A stretch of 64,000 nucleotides of DNA from Spirochaetia bacterium (GTDB taxonomy: Bacteria > Spirochaetota > Leptospiria > Turneriellales > JAOUOS01), in NCBI GenBank assembly GCA_029880265.1, contig JAOUOT010000008.1, positions 43,311-107,310 of the forward strand, in the 5' to 3' direction. Made by a program: the position numbers and the translations under genes. Below are positions 56,701-64,000 of this stretch, one piece after another. Position 1 is the stretch's first letter. Every line of letters starts with the position of its first letter. A model generated the notes under the pieces. The model saw nothing but the letters and a program-made list of their open reading frames with translations. It did no database searches and was not told the DNA's origin.

Positions 56701-57792
56701 ATGAAGAAATATAAAGTAAAAATTCTTGCCGTTTTAATTGTTTTTATTCAATTGGGCCATTTAGCGGCTGAAGAAAAATCCCAAAAAATACATCCTCAAC
56801 ATATTGATTTCAATACTCTGGCCCTGAATATTAACGAGCTTTGGGCGGCAAAAGATTGCGGTTATCATATTTCAAATGATTCGGGGTATATGATGGTGTC
56901 ATTTGCCTGCGAAGAGGGATATAACGCTTTTGATAGAAAAAATTTCTTGGATATATTATTCTCAAACGGATTTATTTTAAAAAAAGAAACGTACCAAATT
57001 GAAAAAAGACAGGGAATTTACCTGTATAAAATGGAATTTCCCGCTTATAGCGGTCAATTCATTTATTTTAAGATTTTTTTTAGAGACGCCTCTTATTTAT
57101 GGCCCAAAACCCCAATAGAACGAAAATTAATAGCTATTTATGCGCATGACTTGTATCGGCACGACGATTTAATTCGCTGGCAGACTCTTGGCATTCCCAT
57201 ATCTTACGGAGTTTTAGCCGATAAGCCCGAAACAAGTTTAATCTGCGAGAAAATCAGAGAATATGAACAAGAGCTATGGCTTGCTCTTCCTTTAGAGCCT
57301 CTTGTTATATCGCCCGATAAAGGCGAATTTATATCTGTTGAAGAAGCGCATGATAAAGAGAAACTTAAAAGCTATTTAGACGAATCGTTAAAACAAACCG
57401 GAAAGGTTTTAGGCTTCAGCAATAAGATGGGCTCGAAATTTATGAGCGAAATATATGTTGTAAGACAACTTTTAACGCTGATGAAAGAACTTGATATTCA
57501 TTATTTTCTTGATACATGGACAACAAAAGACAGCAGAGGACATGAAAGCGCGGCTATCATGGGCATGAACTCATATAAGCGCGATATTATACTCGATCAC
57601 AGGTTGTCTGACGAAAATCTTCAAAAACACTGGCAATGGTTTGAAAAAGCGATAGGTCAGAATGAAACCGGAATTATTGTTGTTCACGCCGGTCATCTGA
57701 GAGCTTTTGAGTTTCTAAAAGAGAAAATAGAATCTCTCAAAGATAAGGTAGATTTTGTATGGATAAGCAAACTGCCCCGGCTCGAAAAATAA
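56701..57792 (+). CDS. Secreted protein with C-terminal divergent polysaccharide deacetylase (YibQ-like) domain
   Basis: Signal peptide; LWLALPLEP block resembling the H/L-PMEP block of YibQ-family proteins. Confidence 0.45.
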   Translation: MKKYKVKILAVLIVFIQLGHLAAEEKSQKIHPQHIDFNTLALNINELWAAKDCGYHISNDSGYMMVSFACEEGYNAFDRKNFLDILFSNGFILKKETYQIEKRQGIYLYKMEFPAYSGQFIYFKIFFRDASYLWPKTPIERKLIAIYAHDLYRHDDLIRWQTLGIPISYGVLADKPETSLICEKIREYEQELWLALPLEPLVISPDKGEFISVEEAHDKEKLKSYLDESLKQTGKVLGFSNKMGSKFMSEIYVVRQLLTLMKELDIHYFLDTWTTKDSRGHESAAIMGMNSYKRDIILDHRLSDENLQKHWQWFEKAIGQNETGIIVVHAGHLRAFEFLKEKIESLKDKVDFVWISKLPRLEK

Positions 57793-57805
57793 ATACTTAA
57801 GTTAA

Positions 57806-59443
57806 TTATTGGGGTTTTTCAAAAAGCAGTCGAAGTCTTATAAGTTTTGCGTCTTTATCTTCATTAGAAAAAGACGCGGCCGACAGTTCAACCGACCATT
57901 TCAAGTTAATATTTTCTTGAATCGAATTTGCCGATAAATCTTTAATATCAAACGTCAGCTTGGCTTTGCCCGATATATTTAACGTTAACGCTTCATTCTC
58001 GTAAGAGATACGAAACCCGTTATTTAAATATGTAATGGGGCAATTAAAAGGATTATCGTTTTCTCGAATATCGTAAACGTCTCCGGGTTTTAAGAGCATA
58101 GAGAAACTGCCCTGAATACCCTCTTTGATGCGTTTTTTCTTTCTAGACAACCTTAAAAATATAATTATTGCGATAGCTATGAAAGATAAAGTAGCTATTA
58201 AAATATAGATTCTTTGGCCTTTTGTTTTATCAAAAAGGGAACGAAGACTGATTTGACTTTTTAGAATAACGGGAACTTCAAAATAGGTTATATTTTCGTC
58301 GGCTTTGATTTTTAAGACGCCCTCAAATGAAGAGCCCTGCGCCGCCTTGTATGTTAAGATAATTTCATTTTTATGATTGTCAAACGTATATTTTTTAGGG
58401 TTGTTTTTTACATCGGGAACATAATAAATATTTTTATTAGATAGATATATCCATTTTTTATTTTCTGAAAAAAAATCTGGCCGCGAGCCTTCAACGTAGA
58501 TTTCTTCAATTATAACTTCAGCGTCTGATAAAGAGATATCTGATTTAATTTCAATTTTTTGGGAGCTTACTTTCTCGCCGGTTGAAAAATGGCCAAATAT
58601 TCTTTTTTTTGAGGCGGTTATTTTTGGTCTGATAAATTCAAAAAAGATAACCGAATAAATTCTTCTTTTTTGCGCGTAAGAGTATATATCTAAAACGCAT
58701 GCCTTTTGACCAAATTGAATCTTGTATTTTTCTATTTGGGCCTCTGTTAAGATTTGAGCTTCAATATCGCGCTTAGTTGTATAGTTTATCTGAAAATGGC
58801 GAAAACTTTCGGGGTCTTTTGCGCCTGAAAAACATTCATAATTAAATAGCTTTATTTTCGGATAACTGAATTTTTTTTTATTGTCAGAAATTTTTATCTC
58901 CCCCGCGTTTGTAATTTCTGTTTGGGGCCTTAAAATTTTAATGATATCAAAAATATTCTTTTCTTCAATAATTCTGTATTCCGAAAAAATATCCGCGAAA
59001 TTTGAAATAAAATGCAAAGTATTTCTTTGGTATTGAATAAAAATAATTTGATATTTATATTTTTCATCAATCAGGCGGGCAGTTTTTTTCAGGCTATCTA
59101 TGTACTTATCTCGTTTAAAAACCCCTGAATATTCGCGGGGGAACGAGGCGCGAGTTAAAATAAAAATCTTTTTTGGCTTATCTTTTATCTCTTGTAAAAA
59201 ATCTGGAAGAGCTTTTGGCAGCGAATCTTCTAAAAGATGATTTGTAATTTTTATCTTATTCTTTTTCGTTATTTTGTTTAATATTGAATTTAATAAATTA
59301 TATTTTTCGTCGGGTTCTATTTCATTTTCAATAATGAAATAATATTGGTCGCTAAAACGCTTTTTACTTGACGCCTCAATAGAGTTTAGCGAGAATAAAA
59401 TTATAAATAGGGTCAAATAGATGCGCATTAGAATACAGCGCAA
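57806..59443 (-). CDS. Large hypothetical membrane-anchored protein
   Basis: 545 aa: signal peptide, ~400-aa extracytoplasmic region, one TM helix (IYILIATLSFIAIAIIIFL), ~110-aa cytoplasmic tail. Confidence 0.5.
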   Translation of the reverse strand: MRCILMRIYLTLFIILFSLNSIEASSKKRFSDQYYFIIENEIEPDEKYNLLNSILNKITKKNKIKITNHLLEDSLPKALPDFLQEIKDKPKKIFILTRASFPREYSGVFKRDKYIDSLKKTARLIDEKYKYQIIFIQYQRNTLHFISNFADIFSEYRIIEEKNIFDIIKILRPQTEITNAGEIKISDNKKKFSYPKIKLFNYECFSGAKDPESFRHFQINYTTKRDIEAQILTEAQIEKYKIQFGQKACVLDIYSYAQKRRIYSVIFFEFIRPKITASKKRIFGHFSTGEKVSSQKIEIKSDISLSDAEVIIEEIYVEGSRPDFFSENKKWIYLSNKNIYYVPDVKNNPKKYTFDNHKNEIILTYKAAQGSSFEGVLKIKADENITYFEVPVILKSQISLRSLFDKTKGQRIYILIATLSFIAIAIIIFLRLSRKKKRIKEGIQGSFSMLLKPGDVYDIRENDNPFNCPITYLNNGFRISYENEALTLNISGKAKLTFDIKDLSANSIQENINLKWSVELSAASFSNEDKDAKLIRLRLLFEKPQ

Positions 59444-59450
59444 ATAATAT

Positions 59451-60044
59451 TTGATAAATTGTCAATGTATTTCAAAAAAAATGAAATTTAAAACGTTTAT
59501 ATTATCCGCTCCGTCGGGAGCCGGCAAAAATACAATTATCAATGAAATCTTAAAAAGAAGAAACGATATACTTTATTCTATTTCAACGACTTCGCGAATT
59601 CCAAGAGAAAATGAAATAGACGGCTCTCATTATCATTTTATAAGTAAAGAAGAATTTAAAAAAAAAATCGCCGCCGGCGAATTCTTAGAGTGGGCCCTGG
59701 TTCTTGATAATTATTATGGAACTTTTAAAAGCGAAATAGACAAAATATTCTCGCGAAAAAAACACGCCATTCTTGATTTGGATATACAAGGCGCTCTTAA
59801 GGTTAAAGAAGAAAATTCTGAAGTCGTTCTTATATTTGTGATGCCGCCGAATATGAATGAACTAAAAAAGCGTCTTCAAGAAAGAAGAACCGATTCTGAG
59901 GCCGAAATTGAAAAAAGATTAAAATTAGCCGAAAAAGAAATGGAAGCAAGACAGAAATATGATTATATTCTGGTCAATAAAAATTTGAATGAAACTGTTG
60001 AAGAGCTTGACAGTATAATTTCTGAATGCGCAGTAGTACCATAA
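59451..60044 (+). CDS. gmk: Guanylate kinase
   Basis: SAPSGAGKNT P-loop, TTSRIPRENEIDGSHYHF, EWALVLDNYYGT; the true start is probably Met at 59481. Confidence 0.9.
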   Translation: MINCQCISKKMKFKTFILSAPSGAGKNTIINEILKRRNDILYSISTTSRIPRENEIDGSHYHFISKEEFKKKIAAGEFLEWALVLDNYYGTFKSEIDKIFSRKKHAILDLDIQGALKVKEENSEVVLIFVMPPNMNELKKRLQERRTDSEAEIEKRLKLAEKEMEARQKYDYILVNKNLNETVEELDSIISECAVVP

Positions 60045-60991
60045 TGAAAGAAAAAAAACCAGTATTTATACTTACCGGCCCCACTGGATGCGGCAAAACC
60101 GAAATAATCGAAAATCTGCCCGATGATCTGCCTATTGAGATCATCAGCGCCGATTCAAGACAGGTATATAAATTGCTTAAAATAGGAACGGCGATGCCGT
60201 CTGACGAGGTTCAAAAAAAATACCCGCATCATTTATTGAATTTCTTATCTTTAAGAGAACGTTTCTCGGCGGGTAAATTTGTAAAAGAATCATTAAAGCT
60301 TATTCTAGAAATTCACGAACGAAATAAGATACCCGTGGTTGTAGGCGGCACTTTTTTCTATATACTTTCTTTATGGGATGGTCTTTTAAAAGAACCCGAA
60401 ATTCCCATTATCTTAAAAAATGAAGTCGAAGATATGACATATCGTGAAGCATGGGAAGAGCTTTCAAAGTTAGATCCCATTTCGGCCGAAAAAATAGGAA
60501 AGAATGACGTGTATAGAACCAAAAGAGCGCTTCTTATCACCATGGCTTCAGATAAGCCTTTTTCAATGCATTTTCGAGAAGGGGGCATTTATAACGAATT
60601 TAATTTTACGGGCTGGTATCTTGATTTGCCGCGCGAAGAGTTATATGAGCGCATAAATAAACGAGTTTATAAAATGTTTGACGACGGTCTTTTAAATGAA
60701 ATAGACGAAGTCTTTGCGCATAAGTATTCATCTGTCGATCCGGGGCTTAGAACTATCGGTTATAGAGAAATTTTAAGATTTTATGAAAGATTAAACCCCA
60801 AGCCTTCTTCAATAACTAAAATATTGCCTGTCGTATTAAACGATATAAAAGAATTAATTTCAATAAGTACAAGAAGATTTGCCAAAAGGCAGTTGACATG
60901 GTTTAGAAACGAAAGCAGACTGATTAAGCTTGAAAAAAAAGACGCTCTGCAGACCGTTGAAAATGCGATAAAAGCGGCAATCGTCTCGTAA
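60026..60991 (+). CDS. miaA: tRNA dimethylallyltransferase
   Basis: GPTGCGKTE P-loop, SADSRQVYKLLKIGTAMPS, RQLTWFRN. Confidence 0.9.
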   Translation: MRSSTIMKEKKPVFILTGPTGCGKTEIIENLPDDLPIEIISADSRQVYKLLKIGTAMPSDEVQKKYPHHLLNFLSLRERFSAGKFVKESLKLILEIHERNKIPVVVGGTFFYILSLWDGLLKEPEIPIILKNEVEDMTYREAWEELSKLDPISAEKIGKNDVYRTKRALLITMASDKPFSMHFREGGIYNEFNFTGWYLDLPREELYERINKRVYKMFDDGLLNEIDEVFAHKYSSVDPGLRTIGYREILRFYERLNPKPSSITKILPVVLNDIKELISISTRRFAKRQLTWFRNESRLIKLEKKDALQTVENAIKAAIVS

Positions 60992-60993
60992 GT

Positions 60994-62061
60994 TTACTCT
61001 TTTTTGCCCTGAATAACGCTAATAAGCGTATTAAGAATCATTAATAATATAGACAGAACATTGCCCAGCCCAAAAAACATCCGAAGTGATGCGTCAGAGG
61101 CGATATCGGCATAAATTCTGCCAGCGATTGTTATTTGCAGCAAAACCAGATGAATATAAAATCGGCCGCTGTATTTTACTGGCTGTCTAAAAACCGCCGA
61201 AAACACAATGGGAGCATGCACAAAAATCATGCTGAATACAAAACCTAGAAATATAGAATGCAGGAAAGCGTCATAAATAAACCCCGCTTTTTGAAAATCA
61301 TATTTGAGAATAATTAAGCTTCCCGCGATCGACCAGAAATATCCGAAGACCAGACCAACGGCGGTAAACCGGGTTTGGCCCGAAAGCTTGATTGTTTTTT
61401 TAATGATATCGTTAAAAGAAAACCATATTGCCAATAATATTAAGCAGACGCTGAAAACAATAGAAGCTGTCTGTAATGAAAAAATTGAGTAAAAAATTGA
61501 CGCTGAAAAGATTGTTATTAAAATTTGAAAAATAATGATATGAGTTCGGGAAACCGGCAGCATGCGCGTCAACTCTAAGCGCTCGCCCAAAATGGTTACT
61601 ATGAGAAAACCCATCCAAAATAAAATGACAGGAGAAAAAGAATAACCGGCGGTTAAAAAAACATTTCCAAGAAAATAAATTAAGGCGCCGAGGGCCATCG
61701 TTTTATTAAAAAGTTGATTTTGAAGATATGTTAAGTAGACCATTCCCAGAAAGTTAACAAGGCTTCCCGCGGTAAGAATTAGAATTCCTAATTCTTTTAA
61801 CGAAGGCGTTAAGGCTAAAAAACTGCCTGCCGCGATTAAAATGGGCGCAAAAAATATCCATCTTTTATTTAACGCCGTCGCTCGTTCTAATGAGATAAGA
61901 GTTCCCAAAAAACCTGTTATCATCAAAGGCCCGTGATTTATAAGATCAATGGGTATTGCTGGCAATTGCCATCCTAAACGCTGTAATGAAGTATAAAGGG
62001 CGCCTAAAAATAAAATAAATATAAAAGGCAGAAAAAATATATTTTTTTTCATGAGCCCCAT
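60994..62061 (-). CDS. Polytopic membrane protein of unknown function
   Basis: 355 aa, ~10 hydrophobic helices. Confidence 0.5.
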   Translation of the reverse strand: MGLMKKNIFFLPFIFILFLGALYTSLQRLGWQLPAIPIDLINHGPLMITGFLGTLISLERATALNKRWIFFAPILIAAGSFLALTPSLKELGILILTAGSLVNFLGMVYLTYLQNQLFNKTMALGALIYFLGNVFLTAGYSFSPVILFWMGFLIVTILGERLELTRMLPVSRTHIIIFQILITIFSASIFYSIFSLQTASIVFSVCLILLAIWFSFNDIIKKTIKLSGQTRFTAVGLVFGYFWSIAGSLIILKYDFQKAGFIYDAFLHSIFLGFVFSMIFVHAPIVFSAVFRQPVKYSGRFYIHLVLLQITIAGRIYADIASDASLRMFFGLGNVLSILLMILNTLISVIQGKKE

Positions 62062-62351
62062 CCTAATTTTTTTCTGGCGTCAGCGCTCATTTTTTCAGGG
62101 CTCCATTCAGGTTCCCATACTAAATTTGTTTCGACATTTACAATGTTCGTATGTTCTTTTTTCAGGGCCTTGACAATTTCATCGCAAATATGCTGATGCA
62201 TAGGGCACCCGCGCGAAGTCATCGTTAAATCAATAGATATTTCATTTTCTTTAATCTCTACGTTATAGATTAACCCTAAATCGACAATATTTATCCCGAT
62301 TTCAGGGTCTATGACATTTTTTAGAGAATTGAGTATTTCTTCGGTTTTCAT
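62049..62351 (-). CDS. DUF59/SufT-like Fe-S assembly protein
   Basis: 100 aa; VIDPEIGINIVDLGLIY and conserved Cys context SRGCPM. Confidence 0.75.
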   Translation of the reverse strand: MKTEEILNSLKNVIDPEIGINIVDLGLIYNVEIKENEISIDLTMTSRGCPMHQHICDEIVKALKKEHTNIVNVETNLVWEPEWSPEKMSADARKKLGWGS

Positions 62352-62411
62352 TTCTATTTTCCGATTTCTTTATTCTTTACAGCGGGTCAAGAAAACAATT
62401 TTTTACCGTCA

Positions 62412-63926
62412 ATGGAAGAATTAAATCCCTCTGAATTATTAAAGCAGCGTCTTCAAAAATTAAATAATATTAAAAGCTTAGGTATTGAGCCGTATCCTAA
62501 TTTATTTGAAAAAGAAAAGACAATATCTCAGATCACTAAAGAATACTTTTCTTCAGAATCTGTTCCAGAAGTTTCAGACGTTAAAATCGCCGGAAGAATT
62601 ACGGCAAAACGCCCGATGGGAAAAGCCGGCTTTCTGCAGATTACCGATATCTCGGGGAAAATGCAAGTTTACGCGAATGACAAAACATTACCCTCAGAAG
62701 AACATGAAGTTTTCATGGAACTCGATATTGGCGATATCATAGGGGCCTTAGGCGAGCCGTTTAGAACCAAAACAGGCGAAGCAAGCATAAGAGCCCGCGA
62801 AATAAAGCTTTTGGCAAAAAACCTTTCGCCGATTCCGGTTGTTAAAGAAAAAGACGGCAAGGTGTTTGACGCTTTTGCCGACATAGAAACAAGATACAGG
62901 CAGCGCTATCTCGATCTTATTGTAAACTCTGAAGTAAGAAATACGTTTCTAATGCGATCAAAAATAATTTCAGAAATTAGAGATTTTATGAATTCAAAAG
63001 GTTTTTTAGAAGTTGAAACTCCTATGATGCAAAGTATTGCCTCGGGAGCCGCCGCAAAACCTTTTAAGACTCACCATAACGCTCTTGATATACCGCTTTT
63101 TATGCGAATTGCTCCCGAACTTTATTTAAAAAGATTATTAGTGGGCGGTTTTGAAAAAGTTTATGAACTAAACAGAAATTTTCGAAACGAAGGCATCAGT
63201 ACAAAGCATAATCCCGAGTTCACTATGATGGAAGTCTATCAGGCTTATGCAGATTATTCGCATATGATGAAGCTTGTAGAAGATTTATTTTTGCGTTTAG
63301 CCGAAAAAGTTGCGGGGGGGCATGAAGTAAAGTATGGCGAGCATACAATCTCCTTTAAAACCCCATGGCCGCAAAAAACCTATCTTGGCATTATTAAAGA
63401 AAAAACTAATATTGACTTTAGCGTTTATCTGGGCAATGAAAATCCGCCGTTAGAAGAAGCTAAAAAACACGCCGAAGCCGTCGGTGTAGATACAAAAAAA
63501 TGCGCCGAATTCTGGGAAGTTGTTGACGAGGTTTTTTCAGAAAAGGTTGAAAATGAATTAATTCAACCCATTTTTATTACAGAATATCCGAAAGCGATGT
63601 CACCGCTTTCAAAAAACATACCTGGGAATCCCCATCTTGTAGAAAGGTTTGAGCCGTATATTGTCGGCAGAGAAATGGGTAACGCATTTTCAGAGCTTAA
63701 TGACCCCATTGAGCAAAACGAACGATTCAAGCAGCAGCTGCAATTGAAAGCCGAGGGAGCTCATGAAACCATTGAAATGGATGAAGATTATATTGAGGCC
63801 CTAAAAGTCGGAATGCCTCCGGCGGGCGGTTTAGGAATAGGAATTGACAGACTTGTTATGCTTTTTACAAATTCTTCGTCTATTAAAGATGTAATTTTAT
63901 TTCCGTTGCTTAGGCCGAAGGCTTAA
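62412..63926 (+). CDS. lysS: Lysyl-tRNA synthetase, class II
   Basis: 504 aa; OB-fold N-terminus, YRQRYLDL, class II motifs (FRNEGIS, GLGIGIDRLVM). Confidence 0.95.
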   Translation: MEELNPSELLKQRLQKLNNIKSLGIEPYPNLFEKEKTISQITKEYFSSESVPEVSDVKIAGRITAKRPMGKAGFLQITDISGKMQVYANDKTLPSEEHEVFMELDIGDIIGALGEPFRTKTGEASIRAREIKLLAKNLSPIPVVKEKDGKVFDAFADIETRYRQRYLDLIVNSEVRNTFLMRSKIISEIRDFMNSKGFLEVETPMMQSIASGAAAKPFKTHHNALDIPLFMRIAPELYLKRLLVGGFEKVYELNRNFRNEGISTKHNPEFTMMEVYQAYADYSHMMKLVEDLFLRLAEKVAGGHEVKYGEHTISFKTPWPQKTYLGIIKEKTNIDFSVYLGNENPPLEEAKKHAEAVGVDTKKCAEFWEVVDEVFSEKVENELIQPIFITEYPKAMSPLSKNIPGNPHLVERFEPYIVGREMGNAFSELNDPIEQNERFKQQLQLKAEGAHETIEMDEDYIEALKVGMPPAGGLGIGIDRLVMLFTNSSSIKDVILFPLLRPKA

Positions 63927-64000
63927 TCAAAATAAAATTTGCCGAAAAATAAAAATTAATATAAAATAAAAAAGGACATAAGTATGGGAAAAATTTCTAA

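Overview
This is an AT-rich, densely coding bacterial chromosomal window. The FlaB-type flagellin looks spirochaete-like, but the taxon cannot be fixed from sequence alone. I recognised no rRNA, tRNA, CRISPR array, transposase or integrase.

**1-14.8 kb.** A nearly complete aryl-polyene (APE)/flexirubin-type operon runs in canonical order: acyltransferase, two ACPs, membrane protein, adenylating enzyme fused to a dehydratase, GT2-acyltransferase, thioesterase, LolA-like protein, MMPL exporter, lipoprotein, KS, DH, KR, KS. An MIO-type aromatic ammonia-lyase is inserted into it. A PagL-like/B12-radical-SAM operon converges on its 3' end and overlaps it.

**Rest of the window.** Housekeeping genes (pgi, monomeric icd, secA, lgt-like, fba, hypF, flaB, gmk, miaA, lysS) are mixed with:
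- an octaheme c-type cytochrome
- a NapH-like polyferredoxin
- a visibly AT-richer islet carrying a PRiA4_ORF3-family gene
- a YprA/MrfA-type DEXH+DUF1998 helicase
- HDOD and STAS signalling proteins, M15 and M16 peptidases, and an MqnC/E-type radical SAM enzyme

**Best candidate for an undescribed system (36.6-43.8 kb, core 38.0-40.5 kb).** This is a co-directional thiol-redox gene string: a thioredoxin-thioredoxin reductase fusion at one end and a DsbD/CcdA-type transporter at the other. Between them sit an ArsM-like methyltransferase, an unannotated 46-aa Lys-rich peptide ORF ending in QCCAKTSKVISGCHD, a radical SAM/SPASM enzyme with an N-terminal extension of RRE size, and a second small CC-containing ORF. 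That is the architecture of a RiPP or a peptide-derived cofactor.

All functional calls rest on motifs read from the supplied translations. No database search was possible.
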